IMG/VR virus record: IMGVR_UViG_3300046542_000291
Coordinates: 246,397-310,396 of that record
Direction: 5' to 3' (one strand)
DNA: 64,000 nucleotides
Below the pieces are notes generated by a model. The model was given only the letters and a program-made list of their open reading frames with translations, did not search any database and had not been told where the DNA came from. How positions within the stretch are numbered: the first letter of the stretch is position 1; each line of letters starts with the position of its first letter. The position numbers were made by a program, and so were the translations under genes. Below, piece after piece: positions 45,112-54,615 of this stretch.

Positions 45112-47085
45112 TTAGGCCATGACGCCCCCCAATACGGCCGAGTCGTACGGGTGGTCGTTCCTGTCTTGGTACAGGAAACTGCCTGGGTTGTTTAGTGGTT
45201 CGTGCTGCTTCTCAAACGCCATTGCACCGGCCAGAGAACGGTTCATCATCAGCTTGTTATACTTCTCAAACTGACCACTGATTCCTGGCTTCGGCAGACG
45301 ATAATCTTTGTTCGCAGCCGAACGGATCATCATAGCGTATACCAGAACTTCACAGTGAACCACATTCAGCTTGATCTTTTCATTGATCAGGCTAACAAAG
45401 GCAGCGAGCGCATCCACTGGGTTCTTGTAGTTCTTCAGGTAGGTTTTGCTAGTGAAGCCAACCTTATCTGTCGACAGTTTAGAACCATCTCCGTTGTCGC
45501 CGGAGTGAAGGAACGATTGAACCCGCTTCATCACTTCGTACATGTTCACGTGCTTATAAGGCAACGTGAGGAACGGCTCATCAAAGTCGAACCCATGGAG
45601 ATCGATGGTGATCCGGGAATCATCGAAGTCCCAACGTCCTTGCTTCTGAATGTGCTGAAGCATTTCTGTCGAAAGACTCGCCTTACGGTTGTACAGCGAG
45701 ACCGAAAGGATATCCCCTTGCTCTTGACCATCTACAGTTTTCACCAAGCCGATGTGAGTCAGCTCGGAGGCGCTAGTCGCTGGGTAAGCCGACAAGTCCT
45801 GGATCATCAAAATGTCAGCGAGGTTCTGTGCTTCCGCTCGCTTGATGATGAGTCTATATCCTTGCTCTGCCAGGTCTTTCTTTAAGTACAGCGTTTCAGC
45901 TGTTGCGCCTTCACGCAGGTAGTTCCGTTCTACACCGGTGATTTTGTATTGCTCAACCGCGGAGGTTGCATCGGTATGCTTGGTCGACAATACAGACGAG
46001 GTGATTTTGTCACCCATCGATACGGCCGACACTTGACCGATGTTGGTACCACGTGGAATGGAAAAACTCAGACGTCCGTAACAACGTGAGCAGACACCTG
46101 CCGGATCTGGATGTACGCAGCCCAAGATGGACCGCATCCGGATCTTAGTGTTAACCAAGTGCTCCTCGTTGCCACGAATCCAATCTTCCACACCGTCAGC
46201 GCGAAGGTAGTACTTACCCTTCAAGGCTTTGAGTGTCGACTTCAGAACAGGGAAGTCAACGTAGTGTGGAGTATGGCAGTCGCCTTTATGCAGGCGTTGA
46301 ACGTACTGTGCGATCAGCTGAGACTTACGGTTGAAGTACTCAGTAACACGAAGCAACTCTTTGTTGTACAGCAGTGCCTTCGTACCCGAACGCGATTCCA
46401 CCATGGAACCGTACAGATCCCAGATACCGTCGATGTAACCAACGGTTACCGGGTGTGCGAAAATGTCGGAGTTGATGTCGGTTGGATAACCACGAGGACC
46501 GAACGCTTGAAGCAACTGCTCCAGCTTCTGAGTACCCGAGCGATAACCTTCAATGATGGAGTTACCACGGAAGTTGTTGTCATCGTCAAACGCATCACGA
46601 ATCTTGGCGTAAGAGATCTTCTCGATCCCGTACGTGGACTCTTCTACGTTGGTGTTCGCTTCCCGAATCAACGGATGGTTGTACACCTCGGCAATGTCGA
46701 AGATCGACAGCGTGGCTACGTATGCCGACAGTTTCGTCGTACACTCGTTATACAACCAGTTCTTACCTTCGATAGCAAGCTTAGCCAGAACCTCCGGATC
46801 GACCGTTTCATTACTGTGAGCATGAATGCCCCAGATGACGTCATTGATATACGACACCAACGATTTCGAAGTCACCCGTGTATGGTTCAGGTGATACCCC
46901 GAAAGAATCGGTGTATCTGGGTATGCCTTGAGTGGGTACCAAAGCAGCACCGACAACTTGGTAATCCGATCTTTCACGATCAGTTCTTTCCCGTCGTCGA
47001 ATACTACTTTGTGCCACTCGCTCGGCATTGCCCAGAGTTGATCGTAGCTCAGGTTCAACAGATCCCTGGCCTTGTACGTATTCAT
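45112..47085 (-). CDS. non-virion RNA polymerase beta' C-terminal subunit (phiKZ gp74-like)
   Basis: EYFNRKSQL bridge-helix end, RSILGC...GVCSRCYG zinc site and VLSTKHT trigger loop. Confidence 0.85.
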   Translation of the reverse strand: MNTYKARDLLNLSYDQLWAMPSEWHKVVFDDGKELIVKDRITKLSVLLWYPLKAYPDTPILSGYHLNHTRVTSKSLVSYINDVIWGIHAHSNETVDPEVLAKLAIEGKNWLYNECTTKLSAYVATLSIFDIAEVYNHPLIREANTNVEESTYGIEKISYAKIRDAFDDDNNFRGNSIIEGYRSGTQKLEQLLQAFGPRGYPTDINSDIFAHPVTVGYIDGIWDLYGSMVESRSGTKALLYNKELLRVTEYFNRKSQLIAQYVQRLHKGDCHTPHYVDFPVLKSTLKALKGKYYLRADGVEDWIRGNEEHLVNTKIRMRSILGCVHPDPAGVCSRCYGRLSFSIPRGTNIGQVSAVSMGDKITSSVLSTKHTDATSAVEQYKITGVERNYLREGATAETLYLKKDLAEQGYRLIIKRAEAQNLADILMIQDLSAYPATSASELTHIGLVKTVDGQEQGDILSVSLYNRKASLSTEMLQHIQKQGRWDFDDSRITIDLHGFDFDEPFLTLPYKHVNMYEVMKRVQSFLHSGDNGDGSKLSTDKVGFTSKTYLKNYKNPVDALAAFVSLINEKIKLNVVHCEVLVYAMMIRSAANKDYRLPKPGISGQFEKYNKLMMNRSLAGAMAFEKQHEPLNNPGSFLYQDRNDHPYDSAVLGGVMA

Positions 47086-47094
47086 TCAGTCACC

Positions 47095-49224
47095 TCAGGC
47101 TGCTTGTTGAAGGTATTGGTCTGCACGGTACCGGAAACGGAGACCACGACATTCCAGCAGGTGATTCAATAACCCAACCGGACGGCTATTGCCATACGGT
47201 ACAGCTTTCCGATCTACAGCACGTGCAATATCGGTTGGTCGCTTCGCGGTAAGAATCGAGTGAACCACTGCAATGTGAGCCAGCGGGTTGTTCGTTTGAT
47301 CGAGCAGCTCGGTAGTTGGTTCTGGACCCACCACGGAGTTGTACGAACGCGTTTCCGATTCACCGAACGAACGGATAGCCGATTCACGACCAGGAGTACT
47401 GGCGCGGTCAGCGTTGTTCAGTTTCGAAGGAAGACCAAACTGTTGGGTTTTAACAGAAGCTACAGCCGACCAGTCTTCACCGATCTTCTCAAGCAGCATC
47501 ATGTACAGCGGACCAACGAGTACCGGATCGTTGGTTACTACAGTTTTGCCCACCTGATCCACGTAGGTAACCGGAGCGTACAGCGGCTTAAAGCGGCTGT
47601 TGATGATCTGGTTAACAGCAGCCATCAGATCAACTTGATCGTCAACTGGACTGTACAGGTAATATTGATCACGCAGTGTTGCACGCAGGTGGCGAGTACG
47701 ATCCGTGTCATCGATCAGCAACGACCGTTGGGTCGGAGTTACGATAGCATAGAAGTCCATGAGTTCCATGAACGCGTAGTCAACCCAATCCTTGTTAGAC
47801 AAGGCTGCATTCAGCTGGGCATCGGTTGGAGTTTCATGACGATCCATCCCGGCTTCAACACGCAAGCGTTGAACCAGGTCACGAGCGGCAGCGCCAAACC
47901 CGTGCTCGTACATCCGACCGTAGTTGGAACGACGCATGGTCGAACCGCCGAAGATGACGATGTCTACCCGATTACCATGTTGGTCAATCGGCATGTCCTT
48001 CTCAGGCTTCTCTTCGCAGACTACACCTTTACCGCCGTGGAAGTCAGTTGCCTTATAGGCACCCGATGGCTTCTTCAGAGCTTCGTAGGTAATTGCTACC
48101 CGCCACTCGTCCAAAGGTTCCAGACGATACATCCGACTCAGCTTACGCTGATCCTGTTTCACAGGCAGATGGATTTGTGCTTCTACGACCAGCTGGTGGA
48201 ACGTTTGACTGATCTTCAGGGTGTCTTTGCGACGACCCCACAGGCCAGCGTACACCTTCATGATCTCGCGATAGTAGTTCGCCAGTGCAGTGTGGTACTT
48301 AACCAACTGCTCATCCATACCCAGAGGAGTATGCGATGGGTTTACCCGATCATCACGGTACACGTTGATGTCTGTAACAGTTGCACCCGGTTCACCGATA
48401 ACTGCTCGGTCGAACGTCCGGTCCAGCATCATCAATGCTCTCGCCGTCATTTCGGCAGGAGCTAGATCTGGATCGAGATCCCGCAGTGCAAAGATCACAC
48501 CATCTTCACGGATCTTCTGGCCGATGTCCGGGAACGGTTGATAGCGAGTTTCATCGCCATACATGTTCAGGAAGAACGCTTTACGACCAGCGTTACCGAC
48601 TGCTTCGTTATATGTCCGTGGACTCAGACGTTGCAGGAACTCCGTTGAGATGATGAAACCATCTTCAATGGTGCCTGGCATGGACATGAACGCTACGTTA
48701 GCGTTGATACCCATTCCGTACAGACCGTTATCCTTCACTGCACGAGACTTAGCGATCACAGTGTTCTTGGAGAACATCGCCCCCACCGCCAAGTTCTCCC
48801 ACACTACCGGGTTACGCTCAAGGCGATACCCGAAGTCCTGGTGAAGCGAGATGTAGTCAGGTACGTGGATGATGTCAACCGTCTTGTGTTGGTCATCCCA
48901 GTGTTCGAAGACAATGGTAGTCAGTGGGTTGTGGCGAATGCCAGACCCAGACATACCACCGGTTGGGTATTTCCGAATGATGCCGATGACCATGCAGTCT
49001 TCAGGGAACCGCACGTCAAACGTGTATTCACCGTAACGCATTTCCATACCGGTTTGCACCCGGCGTGGCTCATTACCCTCACTTTGTGGAGACTGACCAA
49101 TGTGCGACAGAAACATCGCACCCCGTGCAGCAGAGGTTGTGCCGTAATAGGGGTCGAGGCAGGCGTTACCCAAAAGGGTCGCATCCAGCTCACGTCTCCG
49201 AAACGGTGGGGGTGTGCTAATCAT
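47095..49224 (-). CDS. non-virion RNA polymerase beta C-terminal subunit (phiKZ gp71-73-like), intron-less
   Basis: EDGFIIS, KATDFHGGKGVV, RSNYGR, GPLYMMLLEK and RSFGESE. Confidence 0.9.
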   Translation of the reverse strand: MISTPPPFRRRELDATLLGNACLDPYYGTTSAARGAMFLSHIGQSPQSEGNEPRRVQTGMEMRYGEYTFDVRFPEDCMVIGIIRKYPTGGMSGSGIRHNPLTTIVFEHWDDQHKTVDIIHVPDYISLHQDFGYRLERNPVVWENLAVGAMFSKNTVIAKSRAVKDNGLYGMGINANVAFMSMPGTIEDGFIISTEFLQRLSPRTYNEAVGNAGRKAFFLNMYGDETRYQPFPDIGQKIREDGVIFALRDLDPDLAPAEMTARALMMLDRTFDRAVIGEPGATVTDINVYRDDRVNPSHTPLGMDEQLVKYHTALANYYREIMKVYAGLWGRRKDTLKISQTFHQLVVEAQIHLPVKQDQRKLSRMYRLEPLDEWRVAITYEALKKPSGAYKATDFHGGKGVVCEEKPEKDMPIDQHGNRVDIVIFGGSTMRRSNYGRMYEHGFGAAARDLVQRLRVEAGMDRHETPTDAQLNAALSNKDWVDYAFMELMDFYAIVTPTQRSLLIDDTDRTRHLRATLRDQYYLYSPVDDQVDLMAAVNQIINSRFKPLYAPVTYVDQVGKTVVTNDPVLVGPLYMMLLEKIGEDWSAVASVKTQQFGLPSKLNNADRASTPGRESAIRSFGESETRSYNSVVGPEPTTELLDQTNNPLAHIAVVHSILTAKRPTDIARAVDRKAVPYGNSRPVGLLNHLLECRGLRFRYRADQYLQQAA

Positions 49225-49369
49225 TCTTTTTGTTCTCCTTCACGGGAATATCCTGGACCGACGGAATATTCCCAACGAACATTACTGCACGGCTATAAGT
49301 AACACAGCCATGCATTGGGCTAAGATTACTCGTGCCCAACAGTTCCGGACAGATCTTTTCTTTTTGCAT
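49217..49369 (-). CDS. 50-aa mini-protein homologous to the N-terminus of the adjacent nvRNAP beta subunit
   Basis: GGAG SD plus ATG at 49369; LLG..xL.P..G.....R..MF...I matches the downstream subunit without gaps; 8-bp overlap with it. Confidence 0.7.
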   Translation of the reverse strand: MQKEKICPELLGTSNLSPMHGCVTYSRAVMFVGNIPSVQDIPVKENKKND

Positions 49370-49400
49370 TGCTACTCCCATGGCCCTATCACTTGCAACA

Positions 49401-49424
49401 ATGTTATATAGATCTGAGATAAAA
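49401..49424 (-). promoter_or_regulatory. promoter, TCTCAGATCTATATAACA subclass
   Basis: Near-identical motif to 54526-54550 and 63981-64000. Confidence 0.7.
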
Positions 49425-49444
49425 TGCACTTAAAAGGTGAAGAT

Positions 49445-49810
49445 ATGGCATTTACAATTCTGACCGATATGGCGCAACCAGGAGACGACGTTTACTACGA
49501 CCCCAAATTTCGCCTGATTGCAGAAACTCACATGGTGATTCTTCGACAGGAAGATATCTCCCGGCAACAAATCGACTTAGACCTTTTCTATCAATACGAA
49601 GGTAACTTCTACGGTTACTTGGTAGAGATTGGAGTTCAGCCAGAACTCCATTGGTTGTACATGCGGGTTAACGGCATGACCAACCCAAACCAATTCGCCA
49701 AGGAAGTACGCGATCCTTACGGACGTGCGTATTCACCTGTGCTGATTCGTCCCAATGACAACATCATCAGTGGGCTTGTCCAGTACTACATGAGTCGAAA
49801 ATTTAAATGA
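49445..49810 (+). CDS. LysM-like / T4 gp53-like baseplate protein candidate (probable start MAFTILT)
   Basis: YGYLVEIGVQPELHWLYMRVNGMTNP resembles the gp53/LysM 'YG...LW.I...N...P' pattern; AAGGTG SD. Confidence 0.55.
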   Translation: MAFTILTDMAQPGDDVYYDPKFRLIAETHMVILRQEDISRQQIDLDLFYQYEGNFYGYLVEIGVQPELHWLYMRVNGMTNPNQFAKEVRDPYGRAYSPVLIRPNDNIISGLVQYYMSRKFK

Positions 49811-49812
49811 CA

Positions 49813-49838
49813 ATTGGGGAACCCGAAGGTTCCCCAAT
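49813..49838. terminator. bidirectional terminator
   Basis: attggggaacc-cgaa-ggttccccaat between convergent genes. Confidence 0.8.
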
Positions 49839-49849
49839 ATGCCGTCTTG

Positions 49850-51235
49850 TTACAGCGAGCTACCTTGCTGCGGGAATCCACCGTACTGCGGCTGCTGAGG
49901 CATCATCATTGGTTGAGGCATCATTTGCTGCGGTTGAGCGAAGATCTGCATGAACGGGTTCTGCTGCATTTGTTGCTGGTACTGCATGGCTTGTACCTGA
50001 GGCTGCAGCCATGGCAATTGAATGCCTTGGTTCTGCGGTTGTTGGAAGCCAGGCATGTTTTGCATCGGAGTAGCCATGGATGGTTGCAGCATTACCGGCT
50101 GGCCGTACTGGTTGTAAACCATCTGCGGTTGTTGTGACATCATCGGAGCAGGCTGCTGTTGGAACTGCGGCTGCTGGGATTTGAGGAAGTCACTTACCGA
50201 AATGGTGTCGCCAGGTTTGCTTGCTGTGGTTGGAGCGGCTGCATTCAAGCCAGCGCCCATCTGCGGCATCTGGCCGACCATTTGTGGAACGTACTGGTTG
50301 GCTGGTTGAGCTGCAGGTTGCTGCTGTTGTGCTTGCGCTGCGGCTGGAGCACCGGCTTCGTCGGTTTCATTCACACCACCGTCGTTACCGTTCAGTGGTG
50401 GGATCTCGTTGTAAACTTCCGGGAAGGATTCCCAGATGTTCTCGTCGTACAGAGGGAACGGTTTGATCCCCAGGTGCAACGGTTCATTGAAACGAATGAT
50501 CGACTTGTTCAGCTGGTTGCAGATTTTCCAGTACGCTTTGATCAGCGCAGTGAAGAACGGTGCAACGCGAGTAGTGGTACCCGCTGCGTACTCTTCCGGC
50601 GAATCGCCGAATGGAACGACCAGCTTGAACAGCTCCAGGATGACCTTGCCGTGTTTCTTGCCCAGGTCTACGCCCAGCACTTCCTTCTCACCGCTGTTCA
50701 GCTCGTCGATGATTGGGAAACGAATCACAGCCATGCGATTCACTTTGGTACCGTCGATGGTACCGCCATGTTTCAAGAAGACCGATACGATCTTGTTCTT
50801 CTTGTTCGCACTGGACATCAGCTTGTTGTAAGCCACCAGCGTGTTCTTGTCCGCGTTGGCCAGCTTGGCCAGTACGGTTGCCATTTCTGGCGGCAGGTCT
50901 TTGTGCAGGCTGGTATCGACAGCGACGCGCAACAGCGCATCGGTCAGGTAACCGACCATGAATGCAATGTTGGCTTTCGCCGCACGCTGCATGTGTTGCA
51001 ACACCGGTGACGTGCCTTTACGCGCCAGGTTTTCTGACAGTGGGTGGAACGGCTGATAATCTTCACCGAACCCATCACGCAGGAACTTGTTGGATGGGAA
51101 GGCCAGACGCTTACCGTCTACCTTCGCTGGTTCCAACGTACCGGTCGGAGTCAGGATACTGAACAAGTCATCCTCACCGATCGAGTAGTTGAATGCCGGG
51201 GCGATTGCCTTATAGACCTTCGAAAGGGATTGCAT
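49850..51235 (-). CDS. conserved nucleus-block protein (phiKZ gp70-like) with a Q/P/M-rich C-terminal tail
   Basis: Position between PicA and the beta subunit; last ~150 aa are low complexity. Confidence 0.65.
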   Translation of the reverse strand: MQSLSKVYKAIAPAFNYSIGEDDLFSILTPTGTLEPAKVDGKRLAFPSNKFLRDGFGEDYQPFHPLSENLARKGTSPVLQHMQRAAKANIAFMVGYLTDALLRVAVDTSLHKDLPPEMATVLAKLANADKNTLVAYNKLMSSANKKNKIVSVFLKHGGTIDGTKVNRMAVIRFPIIDELNSGEKEVLGVDLGKKHGKVILELFKLVVPFGDSPEEYAAGTTTRVAPFFTALIKAYWKICNQLNKSIIRFNEPLHLGIKPFPLYDENIWESFPEVYNEIPPLNGNDGGVNETDEAGAPAAAQAQQQQPAAQPANQYVPQMVGQMPQMGAGLNAAAPTTASKPGDTISVSDFLKSQQPQFQQQPAPMMSQQPQMVYNQYGQPVMLQPSMATPMQNMPGFQQPQNQGIQLPWLQPQVQAMQYQQQMQQNPFMQIFAQPQQMMPQPMMMPQQPQYGGFPQQGSSL

Positions 51236-52889
51236 TTACGTCACCTTGTGCGTATTGAGGGTTGTATGGGGCGGCCGATGCAACTGGATGCTGGTACGGC
51301 TGGACCATGTACTGATTGTGTTGTTGTGGAGCGGCACTGCTCAGCGAACCGCCTTGAACCGTGGTATTGGAGCCACTGTTGAAGTTGTTCGGGATCACGT
51401 TCTGAACAAGCCAGATCATGTCCGTCGAGATCTTGTTCGCCTTCGCGCCATCACGGGTGATGACTGGCGAGAACAGACCGTCCGAGAATGTCGGAGCCAC
51501 GAAGCGAGTTGGTGCTTCACCACCCAGGCTGATATCGATTACCGAATCACCGGCCAAGTCAGACGTGAGACTGATCTGGAACGGAATGCCGTTGTTGTGA
51601 GTGAGTGCGTTCAGGCAGTCTGTGCCCAAGCGACGCTCAAATTCCAGCAGGTAAGGCCGAGCATCGATACCCTCCATTACGAGCTTGGTACCTTCACCAC
51701 TGATTTGGAACGCGTAGGTACCCGGCATGTTGCCATTCGTTACTGCAATGGTCACCAGACGCAGGTAGTTGTCCATCATGATCGATGGGATGGTTTGGGC
51801 CAGCATCGACGCTGCGATCGAAGTTGGGTCCGCGCCTTTGAAGTGGCAGGACTGTTCCGCATAGTTTACCTTGCGGATCGACTGGCCGTTGTCCATGGAG
51901 TACTTGGTGACTTCACCGTAGCGGAGCGTGTCCGGGAATTCCCGGTTCAGATCCGACAGCGTGATGAAACCACGTTCCATGTAACCACAGCGTTCCTTCA
52001 AGATAGCCAGGAAGGTGTTCTTGTGGATGTCGTCGTTTTGTACGTGAGCCTGTGCTTCGCCCAACAACAGTTCCATGTTGGAAGCTGTGTCATCGAAACC
52101 TTCAGCCGCCATGGCTGCTTCCTTCACGGAATGCTGGAAAGCGTTCAGCGAGTTGGAAACGTAGCGAGTCGGAGAAGTGTCCTGACGATGGGAGTACTGA
52201 TACGCACCACACTCACCAACCATTGTACGGTAGTCGTACGCACGGTTGACTGTGCCCGGGAATGCCCCGGACTGTTGCAGACGGTTTACGGTCTGCAGAG
52301 TTTGGCCGATCGAGAAGACGTCTTCAGGACGGACCAGGTGAGATGCTGCTGTCGAGTAGTAACCATTCGCACCGGCGTTCATGTCGAGCGGCGTTACGAT
52401 CTGGTTGGACGAAACGATTTGTGCATGCTTCTGCATGCCCATCGGTGTGTGCTTCATCGCTTCCGTGATCACAGTCTCGGAGTTGAAGTAGATCCGCATG
52501 TTCGGATCAAGGTAGTTCATCGACGCATCACACTGGTCGGTGTAAACGAAGAAGATCCGTTGGGTAGTGGTACCCTTGTAGATTGGATGCTCTTCACGAA
52601 CACGCAGCATGCCACGGAAACGGCGGGAGTTCCAACCGTTAGCGATACCAACTGCACCTTCGGTCATTGCAGAAGGTTTTACGATTTCACCCGCGAGCGA
52701 CTGTACAGCGGACACGCCAAGGTTAGCGCCCCCACGAGTTGCCCGCGCCAGATTTTCGATAACGCTTTCGTTGACGTGGACCTGGAACGGCCGAAGCTGT
52801 TGTTCCTGATAGGTCCCTGTCTGGGTCAGAAGGAACATGTCAACGCGAACGTTGGCATTACCCAGACCTGGCATGGAGAAATTGGACAT
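51210..52889 (-). CDS. picA: phage-nucleus protein import factor PicA/Imp1 (phiKZ gp69-like)
   Basis: Synteny directly after the gp68 homolog; size; motifs TGTYQEQQLRPF, IANGWNSRRFR and RPEDVF. Identification is inferred. Confidence 0.7.
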   Translation of the reverse strand: MSNFSMPGLGNANVRVDMFLLTQTGTYQEQQLRPFQVHVNESVIENLARATRGGANLGVSAVQSLAGEIVKPSAMTEGAVGIANGWNSRRFRGMLRVREEHPIYKGTTTQRIFFVYTDQCDASMNYLDPNMRIYFNSETVITEAMKHTPMGMQKHAQIVSSNQIVTPLDMNAGANGYYSTAASHLVRPEDVFSIGQTLQTVNRLQQSGAFPGTVNRAYDYRTMVGECGAYQYSHRQDTSPTRYVSNSLNAFQHSVKEAAMAAEGFDDTASNMELLLGEAQAHVQNDDIHKNTFLAILKERCGYMERGFITLSDLNREFPDTLRYGEVTKYSMDNGQSIRKVNYAEQSCHFKGADPTSIAASMLAQTIPSIMMDNYLRLVTIAVTNGNMPGTYAFQISGEGTKLVMEGIDARPYLLEFERRLGTDCLNALTHNNGIPFQISLTSDLAGDSVIDISLGGEAPTRFVAPTFSDGLFSPVITRDGAKANKISTDMIWLVQNVIPNNFNSGSNTTVQGGSLSSAAPQQHNQYMVQPYQHPVASAAPYNPQYAQGDVNAIPFEGL

Positions 52890-52915
52890 GGTGATACCTC
52901 TTGTGGATTGTGCAG

Positions 52916-54496
52916 TTACTTATTGAGATTACCGAGGTGAATAACCAGCTCAGTGATTGTTGCTTTGATCGTCGGTGGAACGATCAGTACGTTCGTGCCG
53001 GACACTTGACCGGCATCCTTGAACAACTGGTCTGGACCTCGATACACCCAGTGACTGGAGTGGATGGAGGCGTTCACGTTGTTAATCGCAATGCCTGCCA
53101 TGTTATCCGTCTTGAGTGCGGTACCGTTGTTCATGTACTGAGGAGCTTTCTGATGCGGAAACAACCGAATCATGTCTTCTTTGTACTTGATTGGGATACG
53201 CGCGTTAGAACGCGGTTGGCTGAGTTGGTTCTGAGACTGGTAGTCGCCGTACGTCACCAAGTCCACTTGCATGAACACCGCGATGTCTTTGAAACCCCAA
53301 TGCCAGATCAACGCTTGCGCTGCAGCCAACATGTTGTTCACTGCCACCTTGTTGATGTGGTAGAACGCTCGTGCTGGGAATGACCGAGCCATGACCCATT
53401 GCGCCAGTTTGATCTGGTGCGGGTAGATCGGAGTAGAAGCCACATTACTGATAGCATCCACACACAGCTTGAGTTTACCCAGATCGATTGTTGGATCAAC
53501 CTTTCGTGCCAACTTCAGCACGTTCAGCGCATCGACGTTGAATGCTTCGATGTCTCCAGGGGAAACACGATGCTTAGTCTTGTGCGCTTCGATGAACGAA
53601 GTCTTATCGTCATCGTCCCCACCGGACTCAGGCCGCTTTTCGTTTACACGATCAGCAGTCGTACGCTCGGCTGGGTTAAGGTTCGACTTCACGTAGCGAT
53701 ACGTGTTTGCCACGATCGAGTGAGAGGTCGGATCATCCAGTGGAACAATCGTCAAACGACGGACCAGGACTTTGGATTGGAGATGCACCGGTACTTCGAC
53801 CGACGACATGCCACGCCACAGCTGACCCAGAGTTGTTGCTTCGGCTTCCACGCAGAACCTGACGTAGCCAGCCAACTTTTCAAACGCGGTGTCAACATCC
53901 TCACCATGAGGACCTTTCTCACCGACTGGCCAGTGTGCGATTTCGCAGTCACTGATCAGGCCGACTACTTCGTTCTCCTTATGGAGTTCGTTCTCAGTAC
54001 CGGCTTCGATGTACTCACCCCAAATAGGGATCATTGGTCGAACAGCCAGTGCCACAGTAGCCAGGTTGATGTATTCGTGTTCCAGATACGTCTGGTCCAC
54101 TTTGTTGTAACGGGACTCGGCAGTAATCTTCTTCTCGACTTCTACCGGGATGTGCAAGTTCCCAACCGTCATCAACCAACGACGCATGTCATTCATCGAC
54201 AACCGTTCGTACAGCTCACGGATGTAGTAGCGCAAAGACATCGCAACCCGCATGCTATCCAACGGCATATCCAAGATATCCCGAATTCGCGAGTAGCAAT
54301 TCCAGATATGGTCCTTGTCTTCCTCGCTAACAAAGCTGCTATTAAGGAAGCCATTGAACTCTTTGAACACACGCTGCTGGTCTGGCAGTTTTACTTTGGC
54401 GTATGCCTTCGTTGAGAAGGCGATCTGTTGCATTTTGTGCTCTACGGTGACCTGAGTAAAGCCGTTACCCTGAACACCAGTGACGGTAAGCTGCAT
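52916..54496 (-). CDS. nvRNAP promoter-specificity subunit (phiKZ gp68-like)
   Basis: 526 aa; TYLEHEYINL...RPMIPIWGEYI; synteny. Confidence 0.75.
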   Translation of the reverse strand: MQLTVTGVQGNGFTQVTVEHKMQQIAFSTKAYAKVKLPDQQRVFKEFNGFLNSSFVSEEDKDHIWNCYSRIRDILDMPLDSMRVAMSLRYYIRELYERLSMNDMRRWLMTVGNLHIPVEVEKKITAESRYNKVDQTYLEHEYINLATVALAVRPMIPIWGEYIEAGTENELHKENEVVGLISDCEIAHWPVGEKGPHGEDVDTAFEKLAGYVRFCVEAEATTLGQLWRGMSSVEVPVHLQSKVLVRRLTIVPLDDPTSHSIVANTYRYVKSNLNPAERTTADRVNEKRPESGGDDDDKTSFIEAHKTKHRVSPGDIEAFNVDALNVLKLARKVDPTIDLGKLKLCVDAISNVASTPIYPHQIKLAQWVMARSFPARAFYHINKVAVNNMLAAAQALIWHWGFKDIAVFMQVDLVTYGDYQSQNQLSQPRSNARIPIKYKEDMIRLFPHQKAPQYMNNGTALKTDNMAGIAINNVNASIHSSHWVYRGPDQLFKDAGQVSGTNVLIVPPTIKATITELVIHLGNLNK

Positions 54497-54525
54497 GGGT
54501 TCTCCTCTTGCAGGTGGATCTACAA

Positions 54526-54550
54526 ATGTAATATAGATCTGAGATTTTTT
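54526..54550 (-). promoter_or_regulatory. promoter AAAAAATCTCAGATCTATATTACAT
   Basis: Contains TATATTAC about 30 bp upstream of the gp68-like start. Confidence 0.8.
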
Positions 54551-54615
54551 GCAGTCTCTCAGCTACGAGAGGGCATAGAGCATCCTTCATACGAAGGACA
54601 CTCTTAGGCGTTCAA

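Noticed and set aside
49370-49429. 70-aa extended version of the mini-ORF (start 49429)
   Set aside because: It would begin upstream of the promoter motif. The ATG at 49369 has the SD.
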